In this document: piece after piece, positions 38,735 to 53,082 of the stretch
Numbering within the stretch: position 1 is the first letter of the stretch
Layout of the letters: each line of letters starts with the position of its first letter
Source of the DNA: Octopus sinensis
Lineage: Eukaryota
Reading direction: 5' to 3'
Assembly (NCBI RefSeq): GCF_006345805.1
Contig: NC_043012.1
Coordinates: 10,168,001 to 10,232,000 of the forward strand
DNA length: 64,000 bases
Position numbers and translations under genes: made by a program
Notes under the pieces: generated by a model
What the model saw: only the letters and a program-made list of their open reading frames with translations
What the model was told of the DNA's origin: nothing
Database searches by the model: none

Positions 38735-38942
38735 ATGTTGGGCTCTGTACATGTTGGGCTCTCTACATGTTTGTCTCTGTACATGTTGGGCTCTGTACAT
38801 GTTGGGCTCTCTACATGTTTGTCTCTGTACATGTTTGTCTCTGTACATGTTTGTCTCTGTACATGTTGGGCTCTGTGCATGTTGGTCTCTGTACATGTTG
38901 GGCTCTGTGCATGTTGGTCTCTGTACATGTTGGGCTCTGTCA
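38735..38942. repeat. 16-bp minisatellite, about 13 units (tgttgggctctgtaca)
   Basis: Direct reading; explains the six overlapping ORFs here. Confidence 0.95.
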
Positions 38943-39349
38943 TAGTTAACTGTAATCTAATTTCTCTTTCAAGTTTTTGTGTGGCACTTTTCTTCCAATA
39001 ACCAATTCCAGCTCTATATCCTTTAAAGAACACTACTCTTGAATTGATCACGATTGTTATTATTATCATTATTTTCATTATCATTATTATTTTTTTTCAT
39101 ATACATACGCTCAGCAGATTAGACTGTTGGAAAATAAAAGAATCCTAGCATCGGGCTACAACAAGTTGGCGTAGATGCCAACGACCCACCTATTGGGTTA
39201 CAGCTAGTAACCCTCTTAGGTATCTTAGGTGTACCTAATAACACTGTTTTCTTCAACTGTACCAAACTGGGTTTTATGCCTATTTCCTCTATCCATCTGT
39301 TCCTAGTGCACTTATAACTACTGGGATATATTTTACCTGCATTTTAAGA

Positions 39350-40290
39350 ATTAGGTAAACGCAAAGGAGAGCTCAGAAACATCGCTGAAAAGAGAAAGGG
39401 TAATCCTTCTACGACATACCTTGGAATAACTTCCAAGGTCAGGGGGGATTTCCTCCCCCCTGAAATAGACGTAGCTTGGGTGACGGCGGCCGTGCTTCTA
39501 GGAAGCGAAAAAGAGGTTGCCGTACTCTAGGCAACAAAAACGGAAGCCAATAATTGGTACGGTAAAATCTTGGAACTAATAATACAGAGTAAGGTGGAAA
39601 ATTTAGATTTGCTTGCGGAAACGGTGACAAATGGAGAAATATTGATGAAAATCTTTGTAGAGGGCAGAATCCTTTGTTGCTACAAATGTGGCCAAAAAGG
39701 CCACATTAGAGCGGACTGCCCTCTGAAAAATAAACCAACCCAGGAAAGAGAAGAGGAGGAACTGGAAAGGATAGAAGAAACAAATGAGGAAGATGGATGG
39801 CAAGATACGGGAAGAAAACAGATGAAGAGGAAAAGAACAGTTTAAGTCAACCCCAGCCCGTACTCAAACCATACCATCTCAACCCCACTTTCCCCTTGCA
39901 GACACCAAACCCAACCATTCCCAACCTACACAGAAATGAAAAAAGAACAGCAGTCTCACAAAAGACAGCAAAGCTACCTTCCCACTTGTTTTGTTTGCGC
40001 CTTATTAAAAGGTGTTAAAAAGGATGTGGTAGATAAACTAGTGCAATGGAAAGATGTAAAAGTGATAGACATGAAGGGAATGAAAAAAGAGAAAAATTGA
40101 TTTAGGCGCATTGGTGCCAGGACACAGAATGAAAATAATAAGAGACTGTAAAGTAAGCGCAGAATGTAGACAAATGGTTTTCGACATAAATGAAGTACCG
40201 GACGGGATAGATTAAGATAATTTATTGGGCCTATACAGGCATTAGCTTTAATTGGATATGAAAGGACGATAGTGATGTTGCTGAGGTGGG
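39350..40290 (+). mobile_element. Tx1/L1-like ORF1 (gag-like) relic with CCHC zinc knuckle
   Basis: VEGR..CYKCGQKGHIRADC (CX2CX4HX4C), followed by an acidic/basic low-complexity tail; stops upstream. Confidence 0.75.
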
Positions 40291-40333
40291 GCAAGTGGCA
40301 CATACTTCATATATCATTATCATGTCTCATTCA

Positions 40334-40559
40334 TACTCTCTCTCTTTACTCTTTTACTTGTTTCAGTCATTTGACTGCGGCCATGCTGGAGCACCGCCTT
40401 TAATCGAGCAACTCGACCCTGGGACTTATTCTTTTGTAAGCCCAGTACTTATTATATCGGTCTCTTTTGCCGAACCGCTAAGTAACGGGGACATAAACAC
40501 ACCAGCATCGGTTGTCAAGCAATGCTAGGGGGACAAACACAGACACACAAACACACACA

Positions 40560-40617
<58 letters not shown>

Positions 40618-40778
40618 CATACGACGGGCTTCTTTCAGTTTCCGTCCACCAAATCCACTCACAAGGCTTTGGTCGGCCCGAGGCTATAGTAGAAGACACT
40701 TGCCCAAGGTGCCACGCAGTGGGACTGAACTCGGAACCATGTGGTTGGTAAACAAGCTCCTTACCACACAGCCACTCC
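40334..40778 (-). mobile_element. SINE A, full length
   Basis: Reverse complement of 9362-9776. Confidence 0.92.
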
Positions 40779-41404
40779 ATATTTTCATAATTTTATTTTA
40801 ATCGTTATATGTCCCCACGTGTCTTGTGTTATCCCCTCTATGTATATTTTTATCGTAATAAAGAGTTAACCTCTAGCCGAACAATTATTCTGTGCTGCTG
40901 AATGGAAATAACCCAGAAATCTCGATACACAGATATTGTTTTAAGCGGAGTGGGGGGGTGCAAGATTCCCTTGTTCGAAAATATAAGGACACAGATCGTG
41001 TCGTATAGCCAGCTGGAGACGATGTCTCCTAGGGCTAAGTTACACCAGCATTCGTTCTAAACAAGGGCTGCCATGTTATTTTGTGAATCTTTACTGCAAA
41101 GCACTGTTGCTAAATGTCTCGCGTTGTGCGATATAAAAATACCTCAGTATTGTTTTCTCTGATAACAGCCTCTCAGCATTAATACTGCCTATGTCGCTAA
41201 TAGGCCAATACATATTATACACACACATAAATAGGTTGAAGCTTTATATATTTGTGTCAATGACAATGATATCCCAGCAACGAAAGTAATGTATTATTTT
41301 CCTTTCCATCTTTCTCTCGTCCACCTCCTACTTCAATGGAAGATTTTGATAACACGAACACGGGCGACAGAGGCTACTGTGACGACGGTGATAACGACGA
41401 CGAC

Positions 41405-41438
<34 letters not shown>

Positions 41439-41832
41439 GTGCAGAGATGTTGGAAGAAAAATAGTAAGATAAGAATTTTTTGTATCAAGAGGAATCACAG
41501 TGTTTGTCGTTCGACGGCTGGTGCCACAGTTCTCTGAATTTGTGTATAAAGTGGATTGAATTTTGCATCACTTATCTCTCATTGTTCTTTAATGATGGAT
41601 TAGTGAACATTTTCTACATATATTCGCTTAGCAGAATCGTTAGTTACTCATATAAAATGCTCAGTGCAATTTCTTCCGGATTTTACACGTTCTGAATTTC
41701 AATTGAGCGTACAACGACTTTGCTTTTCATCATTCAGCATCGAAAAGAATACCACCTGAGAATAATTGCGATGAAAATAATGGAAGAATCCCCTCCCACA
41801 ACATATCTATCTATCTATCTATCTATCTATCA

Positions 41833-41885
<53 letters not shown>

Positions 41886-41928
41886 CTATCTATCTATCTA
41901 TCTATCCATTTACATATACACACACATG

Positions 41929-41959
<31 letters not shown>

Positions 41960-43299
41960 TATATATATAATATATATATATGTGTGTATATGAATATTTA
42001 AGTAGTTGAATGAATTATCTTAGTATGGATCTGCTACTTGGTGTATATACACACACACGCATATATACAATCATTTGGGTTGTATGTTAATACTTCAATA
42101 ATATTTATTAAAAGGCTTTCAATCGCAGACTTTATAACGATGTTCCAGAGGATTAGAATATCGTTAGATATTTTATATGATGCTCTTACCCCGAGCAGAT
42201 TAATTAAGGATTTAATTAACTGCATTATAGCCATGGCAAATATTATCCTTAGGAGTGCTGCTTCAATGTAGCATAAATAAATAGATTCTTACAAAATATT
42301 TGTGACAAGGGGGTTGCCATGACCAAATACTAGCACTTATAGGAGATGGAAATATTTGTTTAAACGAAATCACTTCCATCTCGATTTACAACTGTATATT
42401 TCTACTTAGTACTATTGATAATTCTATCACTACCCGTTTTACTAAACTCCGTATGATATAAGCTAACTAATTCCTGGTTGGATGTGAAATTTAGTACAGT
42501 GCAGTCAAAAGAGTAAAATGGTGCCGTGTTTAGCACTAATCTCAAATATTTACTTCATCTTCAATGCTACGTTGACTTTGAAAACTGATATCTCTTGCAT
42601 TCTATTTTTTTATTATTTTATTTTATTAAGAGGCATGCATTGTAGCATAAGTAATTATATATCTTCTGGCTTTGAATGAATAAGCATTCCTCAGAATACT
42701 TAAATAACTTTCGGAAATACAGCAACATGGACGTGTTATGCTTTTTATCCTCAGTCGACTGGCAAACTATTCCAATCAACCATAAATTAGTAGGTATTTC
42801 TTTATAAACTCCAGATAGATTACTTCTAATGGTTATTGACATTTGAAAATCTACACCAAAGGTTTTTCTCTCATGGAAGTACACTCACCACAGACGCATA
42901 ATTTCGCTGATTTGTATGTATCAAAGTTTCGCTAACTGACCATTAATTCTGTCGTAAGTGATGTTCCTTTTCTCTGCATAGTGTTTCAAGAATATGTCAC
43001 TAAATTAGCACACGCCACTCCCTGAGACCACAACATGGTTTATAATAATAAAACCACTTATTGTTTTAGGAGAACGATTCAGTGATGTTCATGCTTCACC
43101 AAACCGAAATCGGAATTGAGTTGTTGCATGGTTCTAAATGATATTAGCAAGACGTTGCTTGCTAGAAACTGCAAGAACATAAATTCAGGGATTCGAGTTA
43201 CAAGAAAAATATTTTGGTTATTTTTTTACCTCTTTTACTTGGCTGTGTGGGGCAACAACATCTTGCGGAATTTTTAGTTGAAAGAACTAATTTCAGCAC

Positions 43300-43585
43300 T
43301 TAATTTTTAAACCTGGTACTTATTCTATCGATCTCTATATTGCTGAAGCACTAAGTTACGGGCGGTAAACACAATAATATAGGTGGTCAAGCAATGGTGA
43401 AGAACATACACGCACAAACATACACACACACAAAATACACACACACATCAAACAGGCTTCTTTTAGTTACCGTCCACCAAATCCACTAACAATATTTCTG
43501 TCGACCTACAGTTATGGCAAAGTCACTTACCCACGTTGCCATGCAGTGGGACGAAACTCAGAATCATGTGGCTGGGAGGCAACTG
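43300..43585 (-). mobile_element. SINE A, diverged
   Basis: ccgtccaccaaatccact..atgcagtgggacgaaactcagaatcatgtgg. Confidence 0.65.
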
Positions 43586-43823
43586 TCTTATTTCTCTATT
43601 GCACACAAGGGACTAAACATAGAGTGGACAGACAAGAACAAGCAAGTGGATTAAGTCGATTACATCGACCCCCAGTGGGTAACTGGTACTTAATTTAACG
43701 ACACCGAAAGGATGAAAGGCAAAGTCGACCTCGGCGGAATTTGAACTCAGAACGTAAAGACTGACGAACAACCGCAAACCATTTTGCCCGGCGTGCAAAC
43801 GTTTCTGCCAGCTCGCCGCCTTC
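43586..43823 (-). mobile_element. SINE B
   Basis: gaaaggatgaaaggcaaagtcgacctcggcggaatttgaactc. Confidence 0.88.
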
Positions 43824-44393
43824 TTGCCATACACCAATGCTTGCGGATATGGTTGTGATATACTTTAAACTCCTTTGTAAAAATTTGAATATTTCGTAAT
43901 TTTATTAATTGAAACTGACTGTATTTTCTTCAAACGTTTGAGATTAAAATGTAATATTTTTAATTCTTAAAATATAGAATCATCTTCATTGGAGCCTTTG
44001 GTACTGTTACATCGTGTTCACCTGAATGCAACGAAGATGATTGGTGAACCTAACACAAGATTAATGTGGAGAAAATAGGCAATTAAATTACCTGTGTTCT
44101 CTCGTATAAAATACATAAGTATTGATAACCTGTAATTCTCTCTGTCGTTTGTACTTTGTGTAAGTTTGATCAATTAATATACAAACATCTATATATTTAT
44201 ATACTTAGATATTCCTCGTCTGAAAATCATCAATCCTTGCTTTCTTTCTGTGTTCATACATACACACATACACACACGCGCGCGCGCGCGCGCACACACA
44301 CACATATTGTATATCAAACCCAAGCTGTTACATTCAATGTCGTTTATACACATAATTGCTACTCTCTGTCTGTCTGTCTCTCTTTCTCTCTAA

Positions 44394-44431
<38 letters not shown>

Positions 44432-44589
44432 TATATATAATATATATAAATGTGTGTGTGTGTGTGTGTGTGTATACATAATTGTGTAAAACGTGACCAG
44501 CGTTTCAAACATGAAATTCATCATATTACATTTCAACAATGCAGAAATTTTATTCATCAAAGTAAATACCATTACAATCAACAAACTTT

Positions 44590-45440
44590 ATCTAATGAGT
44601 TACAAGTTTGTTTATTCCGGTGACGTAAAAATCATGAGTTCTGGAGCTGATGAACTCTTTCAATGCAAATTTAGCATCGGTTTGATTTTTAATCTCCTTG
44701 TCTCGCAGGAAACCATCAAGGTGCTTGAAAAAGTTCTAGTCGGTAGGAGGAAGGTCTGGAGATTAATCGTTTTGGGGAAGATCTACATATCAAATTTCCT
44801 CCAACTTATGGAGTGTCATTAGTGAAACGTGTGGTCAAGCATTGTGTTGAGGGGATGGAGGAGCAGTACGCTTTCGTTGACTTTGGAAGTAAGAAGTTAT
44901 AGTGGATGAGTCCAGTAGTACACCACCAAACATTCATCTTAACCTTCCTTATGAAGAGCTCGGGTTCAGAGAAGCTTTTCGGTGCTAATTTTGCTCCAAC
45001 CACTAGCGAAGAACTGGATCGTTCTGGTTACACAGAGAGAAGAAGCCACTAACAAATTTCATATCTGCAAGTTTTCTGATTTTCATTCAAATCCTGTGGT
45101 ACCAATTTGTCAAGCTTTTTTGCTTTTCCGATCGCAGTTTTCTTTTGCTAGTTCCCAAGTAGTTTTACGTGGATATTTCCCAATGATTGTTTTTAATTGA
45201 CTGTCACCTTCAAGGCTCAGTCTCAGCGTATTTCCTCTCCAAATGTTTCATTGATATCGCGAGCGGTTTCAGCTGCATTACGTCTTGAACATTATTTGCA
45301 TTATTTAAATTGCCCGGATGTGTGTCCTCATCTTGTTTGTTGTTACCACAACGTTACTTTGCAGCCTTCATCATGTGGAATTTTGAACCAAACTCTGGAT
45401 TCTCATTCCTAAAGTATTTTTTTATTCAAAGTACTGACTG
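44590..45440 (-). mobile_element. mariner (DD34D-type) transposase relic
   Basis: KVKMNVWWCTTGLIHYNFL..YC and KHLDGFL motifs; many lesions. Confidence 0.75.
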
Positions 45441-45602
45441 GAATTGGATTTAGAGTCATGTTTTGGTTGCTATATCGTGCATGGTGGTATCTCTTAGATA
45501 CCCTTAATTATAATTTTAATAATAATTATATATATGTGTATAAATAGATATATGTGTATAAATATATATATCTATATAATTATATATATATATATATATA
45601 TA

Positions 45603-45663
<61 letters not shown>

Positions 45664-45684
45664 ATGATTATTAAAATTATAAGT

Positions 45685-45942
45685 GGAGGCACGTGGCTTA
45701 GTGTTAGGGCGTCACCATCATGATTGCAAGATTGTGGTTTCGATTCCTGGATCGGGCGACACGTTGTGTTCTTGAGCAAAACACTTCATTTCATTGTTTC
45801 AGTCCCATCAGCTGGCAAAATGGAGCAACGCTGCGATGGAGTGGCGTCCCGTCCAGCTGGGTTACACATACGCCATAGAAACAGGGAAACCGGTTCATGA
45901 ATCTGGCTAGGCTTTAAAAGGGCGCATTTATTATTATTATTA
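45685..45942 (+). mobile_element. SINE family C (tRNA head, (TTA)n tail)
   Basis: A box tggcttagtg, B box gtttcgattcc, central gtgttcttgagcaaaacacttc. Confidence 0.75.
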
Positions 45943-46327
45943 GTATATATATATATATATATATATGGAGTGGGGTCAGTGGCTCGAAATGAACATAAGA
46001 CATAAAAGGACTGTGGCAATGCTTGCTGAGTGGTGGCGGAAAGATTTATTGTAGACATTGTAGTATAAATAATGATAAAATTCAATCCTAATATGTATCA
46101 TGTGTTGACAGCAGTTAGAATGACAACTATGTTAGGAATGGGAATAATGCTGATAAAACAATTATGCATAATAAATGATTTATGATTTATGTGGTGGTGG
46201 AATAAATTCGGAGTCTCGTCTTAAGTTTCACGCAGATTTTTTTCTAATTGACATTTTAACATTTGCGCCACAACTTTTCATCGTAGCTACTTCTTATAAA
46301 TATCATAAAGCGCAGAAGGTTCAACTG

Positions 46328-46371
<44 letters not shown>

Positions 46372-46396
46372 ACACACACACACACCACACACACAC

Positions 46397-46436
<40 letters not shown>

Positions 46437-46524
46437 TTTATCTATATAGAGATGTATATATAACTTAATATAAATTGAAATATATAGATACGTACTAGAT
46501 ACGTATACGTACATACCTGCATAC

Positions 46525-46572
<48 letters not shown>

Positions 46573-47344
46573 TACATATGCGTGTGTTGTGTGCCTGAAT
46601 ATATATATAGATGTATGTATATTATATTTATATGCTATATTATATATAAATATATAATCATATATATGTGTATATATATATATGTGTGTGTATACACATA
46701 TATCTGTATATTTATATATGTATATACATAAATACACATATACATTATATATATATATTATATATATATATATATATACATGCATATTCACACACACAAA
46801 TACATAAACATATATATGAATATACATATATACACATATATATGTGTATGTATATATTTGTGTGTGTGTTTATGTGTCTGTGTGTATGAGTGTATTGATT
46901 TGCCAGAATATTCAACTGTTTCCCTGCAAAAAGATATTAATTTCATTTACTCCGCGAAACACTTCAACACATAGACTTAATTATTTTTTTATTTAACACC
47001 AATTTTCTATACGTTTTAGTTATAGAGACCTCACAGAACAGTCAAAAACTACATCTACTGCTTATAATTGAATACTGGAGTGAAACCACCTAAAGCTATT
47101 GAAGAGTTTCAGCGAGATTCTATTTATTGATTGGTGAGAAATGGTTTGGAGAAAACCAATTGTATGCAAACGTTAGGATTGTTCTGTTGCTGGAAATTCG
47201 CAGTTTTAGAGTTTCAGAAAACATAGATAGAACACAGATTTCGTTCCGGTTTGAACATCCGTGTATTTTTAAGAAATGCATGAACGCTGTAATTTCGCGC
47301 AATTACATGTATGTTATATTGGGTTCGAAGATTTGGTACCATAC

Positions 47345-47740
47345 CAGTAATTTCGAGGGGGATTGGCTGAGTTAATTAAATCGAGTAGAGTACTACACGA
47401 CTGGTACTTATTTTATCCTTCTCGAGAAGGTGAAGGGCAAAGTCCTCTCGGCGACAATTCAACTTGAAACGTAATGGCAGGAGATGTGCCGCGCAGCAGC
47501 TCGATCGGTGCGCTGACAATTCTGCCAACTTGCTGATTTACCTGTATGTTACATTTGTTTCAAATTTCGGCAAATGGTTACGATTTATAGATCTGCCACA
47601 GAATTGAAATTGTACTTATTTTATCGAACAAGAAAGAATGAAAGGCAGAGTTGACCTCAGCGGAATTTCAACCCAAAACGTAAAGATGGAGGAAATGCAG
47701 ATATGCAGTTTGCTTGGTGTATTAACGATTTTGCCATCTC
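47345..47740 (-). mobile_element. Two adjacent diverged SINE B copies
   Basis: gaaggtgaagggcaaagtc and gaatgaaaggcagagttgacctcagcggaattt. Confidence 0.65.
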
Positions 47741-48485
47741 ACTGTTATATTTATGTTATTTTAGTATAATCTCTATGTCTATAAATGGCAAAATATCTGT
47801 GTATCTTTGTATCTGTGAGTCCTTTATACAAACCCACAGTTTTTCACGTAAAAGGCTCGCATTTTCTATGGTCTTTCAAAACTGTCTGAGGGTGGTCATG
47901 AAGATTTTTTTCATTTCCCCAGTCACCCCAGAAAGCCATTAAGAAATCGATAAACCGACCCCTCATGCCTATAAGTTATGGGCATATCCATTAAATGAAT
48001 CGATTCAGGAAGGGCTTTACTTTTATGCCTTCGGTTGATTTAAGTTATCCAGCGAGAGCCCAGGATGTTTTATTCAAGTAGGATTAAAAATGAAAAATGA
48101 ATAAATTGACCCCGCCACAAGGAAGTTTCATAAAAGAAACGTTTATTTGTTTGCATTCAGCCAGAGATCGAATCATTTGCTACATACACAGCAGGCGCAT
48201 AGGGTTATTAGGGTGGTCCTTTTGGTGCAAGAAATCTTAATTTGATCGACTTTACCAAAATTGTCAATCAATCAGTGGAAACTCAATAAAACTATTCCTT
48301 GCGGTGTTTCCGCATTTAAATTGACTGCAACCTTTTCTTTTAGCCCTAATCTGAGGTACGAATGACATAATATGCAAAAGATTTTGAGATACGAGGGAAA
48401 ATTGAGATGCTAATTAATTTCCAGTCACATACACACACACATATACATATAATATATATATAAAAACCATGTAGCAACACCAAAT

Positions 48486-48545
48486 GGCGGTGCCCCAGCA
48501 TGGCTACAGCTCATGAGCTGAAACTAAAAAAAAAATAAAAAAAAT
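48486..48545 (+). mobile_element. Isolated CR1-type LINE 3' terminus (second copy on the minus strand at about 49345-49408)
   Basis: ggcggtgccccagcatggctacagctcatgagctgaaact + A-rich tail. Confidence 0.65.
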
Positions 48546-48614
48546 ATGCATATATATATTATTTATATATTATATTATATATATCTTATATATAATATAT
48601 ATATATATATATAA

Positions 48615-48905
48615 TATAATATTAATTAGAGACAAACCCACTATTAGCAAATCAAACAAAGAAAGACTTAATCCAATACATAAAATTTTATATAAATTAA
48701 TATAATTAAGATTAATTAATCTTATTTATATTTAATTTATATAAATTTTTTTATGTATTGGATTAAGTCTTTCTTTGTTTGATTTGCATAATAGTGGTTT
48801 TGTCTCTAATTAATATTATATTATATTTTACTATAAAATTGGATTCAATCATAAATCTGATTTTTCCCTGTAAATTTGGATTTATTCCTTGATATTTATT
48901 ATTAT
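48615..48905. mobile_element. Family-2 pLTR tail folded back on itself (arms of about 100 bp, centre 48715/48716)
   Basis: agagacaaacccactattag.. / ..taatagtggttttgtctct; between (TA)n runs. Confidence 0.85.
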
Positions 48906-49402
48906 ATATATATACACGAAGGGGTGTGTATGATTGTGTATAGAAGAACATATTACTCAAAGGAATTCCAACTCTGTTTTTTATGTTTTATCTATATTCT
49001 TATATAGTAAGAAAGAAATGAAATGAAGTATTGCTTGTCTTATTGAACAAATGAAATATTGAAAATTAAATATTAAATGTCAATTCTCATTCAACTAGTA
49101 TACTTTCTTGCATCCTTTTTTTGCATTTAATCTTTCATCAGGTTCAGATTGTGACAGAAACGCTTCGACTGTTCGAAAGCGTTTCCTTTCAATGACTTAC
49201 ATCTGTTATGTTCTTGCCGTAAGGATTCACTTCCATGCACGCCAGTTTAATTTAATTTATCCTTAGTTGAAGGACACCTCTTGTTAATGTCCTGTTTTCC
49301 TGGTCTCTGAAGGTACTAAGAATCCATCCAGTCAGCCTATATAAATGATTTTTTGATTTTTCAGTTTCAGCTAATGAGCTGTGGCCATGCTGGGGCACCG
49401 CC

Positions 49403-49447
<45 letters not shown>

Positions 49448-49638
49448 TAAATATAATATATATATAAATATATAATATATTATACATCCTTATCTGCTGT
49501 TCTCGCGGCTATACAACGTTCGAAGTTTACTTTCTTGTCTGTAAAATGAATACGCATACACACGCACACGCACACACACACAACCACACCACATACACAC
49601 GCACATATATTTATATACATATATATATATATCCATAT

Positions 49639-49689
<51 letters not shown>

Positions 49690-50791
49690 GTATGTATATA
49701 GGTATATGTATATATATATGTCTGTGTTTCTGTGAGTGAGTATGTATGCATTATAATATTTGTTCGCATATACTGGTTTGTCATAGTAGGAATACATTTC
49801 TTGTTATTTTCACTTGTAGCGAATAATTGAAAAAACAAGAAACGAAAGAAGAATAGTGCATTTTGTCTTATATAATAGAATTGTGGTTTGATAGAGTACA
49901 TCTCTATATAAATACTATAATTCTGGTATAATAATTTGTTCCACCCAACCCCGATCCATTTTAGTTCACGATCAACGTCAATTTGCTTCTAGTATATATA
50001 TAACATCTCATCTCAAGTTTACAGTGAATATTATCTTCTATTTTCGGTTTTAAATATTTTAAGTATTTATCTTTACGATATTATTTTCTTGAATATATAA
50101 CAATTGTTATATTCAATATACGTATCTTGTTCACGATTGTGGATGAATAAAACACGAACAATAGATAAAAAAGAAAGTGTTATCCGCAGTATATAAAGAT
50201 ATTCTGTAATTAAATAATATCATACTGTAATCATTCATTTGATACCCACACTTCGCTTCAGCCTAAACGACTGTATTGTGTTCTGATATATATATATTTT
50301 TTTGTTTCAGTTTCCTTATTACTTCTGAAAATGACAGGTTAGAAATAAAAGTAAATATCAATTTATATCTTGTATGTTCTTGGGGAATAAAATCTTTCTA
50401 TTATTTTCTACGAACTCAAATAAAATTGCCAGAACACTTGGGTGGTGGTTGGTGGTGTCGGTGGGAATGGAAAGGTCAGATATGGTTTAAACACTTACTA
50501 TAGTTTGCAATATCTCTAACACGTATCAAATCAATCTATTATATCTGTCTACATATCTGTCTATCTCTCTGTGTGTCTGCCTGCTTACATCTCTGTCTGT
50601 CTGTCTACATATATGTATGTCTGTGTGACCCCGCGCGCAGACACACAAAATACCAGAGTTCATACATTTGAGTTACACACTCGCGTTTTAACTTGGTTCT
50701 CCTTTTTTTTAGCTCTTTTTCTCAGTTCTGGCTTCCTAAGCAATATCTGTATTGTGGGTTAGCCAAGTCTAAGAGACTAGCGAACAAGAGA

Positions 50792-50862
<71 letters not shown>

Positions 50863-50910
50863 TTATCTATCCATCTATCTATCTATCTGTCTATCTGTCT
50901 GTCTGTCTGA

Positions 50911-50946
<36 letters not shown>

Positions 50947-51014
50947 TCTATCTATCTATCATCTATCTATTATCTATCCATCTATCTATCTGTCTATCTG
51001 TCTGTCCTGTCTGA

Positions 51015-51053
<39 letters not shown>

Positions 51054-51092
51054 CTATCTATCTATCAATCTATCTGCTGTCTGTCTATCTGT

Positions 51093-51151
<59 letters not shown>

Positions 51152-51154
<3 letters not shown>

Positions 51155-51399
51155 CGGGAAGCTTTATGAAAATAGACAAAAGACGAAGGCAGGTGGAAAA
51201 CAAACAAACAATGTATTAGTATGGCGCTCAGGAATATAAATAAAACAAGTCTTTAACGTTTCGAGCCTACGCTCTTCAACAGAAGATACCAGAGAGAAAA
51301 AAAACACAGAAAGAAGGAGAGAAAAAAAATGCGTGCAGTGAAAATGTGGAAAGCATGAAATGAATGTAAAAAAAGGGGTAATATATGAGAAATAAAAAT

Positions 51400-51400
<1 letters not shown>
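51152..51400 (-). mobile_element. Penelope-like pLTR fragment (family 3)
   Basis: Homologous to 20118-20300; abuts (TA)n. Confidence 0.6.
51250..51286 (-). ncRNA. Ultra-minimal hammerhead-like motif, variant core
   Basis: tctt-CTGTTGA-a-gagc-gtag-gctc-GAAA-cg-TT-aaaga. Confidence 0.5.
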
Positions 51401-51476
<76 letters not shown>

Positions 51477-51479
51477 GGG

Positions 51480-51760
51480 TTTCGAGATGATGCACAGGTA
51501 TTATATATTAGAAGAAATGAGGTACTCAGAAATCTGGATGGCTCTATATTTACAGATATTTATTAGTATGTTACATGTTTTTACAAATCATATATCATAT
51601 ATCAGTGCTTCCTTCTACCCTAGTGGAGTTGTCAAATTGAACTTTTGCGGGAATTTTGTCTTTTTTTATAGTATTATTGAGTGTGTAGGGGTGGAAAGAG
51701 ATAGAAGATAGTATAAAGGGTGAGGAATAGGGGGGAATTGAGAGAGAGAGAGAGAGAGAG

Positions 51761-51794
<34 letters not shown>

Positions 51795-53000
51795 TGATTT
51801 TGTATCTGAAAGGATGTTAAAGAAAAACAGAAGGAAAGGAAGGATAAGGAGAGAAAGAAGAAAAAATTTGTTGCTATCTCTGCAGCTGGTTAGTCTTTCA
51901 ATAGTAAATGATTCTTGTCTTTTAGAAATGGCAAACCCAGCTAGTCACTCCAAGGAGGAGGATAAAAATATCACTTTTAAAAAGATTTCTGGATTTCATT
52001 TTATCATTGTCTTGTGAGTGTGTGTGTGTGTGTGTGTATCTGAAAGGAGTGCCAATTGTAAAGGGAATGAAAGGGAGGAGGAGGAGAGAAAGAAGAAAGA
52101 ATGTGTTTACATTTTTGCAGCTCGTCAGTCTAACGACAGTAAATGATTCTTGGCCTTAAGTAATGGCAAACCGAGCTGGACTCTTCAAGGGGGGAAAATG
52201 TCACTTCTCCAAAAAATGTCTGGATTTCTCTTTATCATTGTTTTGTGAGATTGTGTGTGTGTGTATGTGCGCGCGTGTGTGTGGGGGGTGCCTGAGTATC
52301 CTAAAGGGGTGTCAACGGAGAAGGGAAAGAAAGAAGAAAGTGAGGAAGAAGAAAAAATTGTGTTGACATTTATACCACGGTTCAGTTCTTTCAATCCAAT
52401 GTTTGATTCATGTGCTGATATGGGTTGTAGAATCTGGATGAAAGATTGTTTTTCTTTATATATATGTAAATATGTGTAGTACTGTGTGTGCGCGCACACA
52501 CACACACACACACACTCACAAGGCAATGATAAAAAGAAATCTAGATAATTTTTTGAAAAGTGACGATTTGCCCCCCTTGGAGTGACCAGCTGGGTTTGCT
52601 ATTTATAAAAGCCAAGAATCAGTTACTATTGAATGACTGACCAGCTGCAGAGATATCAACAAATTATTTCTTCTTTCTCTCCTTCTTCTTCCTTTCCTTC
52701 TCTTTTTCTTTAACCCCTTTTTCAGATACAAACACACACACGCGCGCGCTCTCTATCATTTTCTCCCCATTCCTCACCCTCTTATACTATCTTATATCTC
52801 TCTCCACCACTACACACTCAATAATACCATAAAAAGAGACAAAATTCCTGCAAAAGTTCAATTTGACAACTCCACTAGAATGTACGAAAGCCCTATTATA
52901 TGATTTATGATTTATAAAATCATGTAACGTAGCAATAAATATCTGTAAATATAAACCATCCAGATTTCTGAGTACCTCATTCTTCTAACATATATTTCTT
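51480..53000. repeat. Diverged fold-back element: inverted arms of about 500 bp around tandem units of about 250 bp
   Basis: 51510-52030 vs 52500-52995 inverted (gaggtactcagaaatctggatgg / ccatccagatttctgagtacctc); (TA)n on both sides. Confidence 0.85.
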
Positions 53001-53039
53001 ATATATATATTAATATTATAGATATAGATATATATATAT

Positions 53040-53081
<42 letters not shown>

Positions 53082-53082
<1 letters not shown>

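Noticed and set aside
38735-38942. CRISPR-like array
   Set aside because: Head-to-tail units with no unique spacers; eukaryotic context; no cas genes
42618-42884. 88-aa non-repetitive minus-strand ORF as a host exon
   Set aside because: No recognisable domain or supporting neighbouring exons
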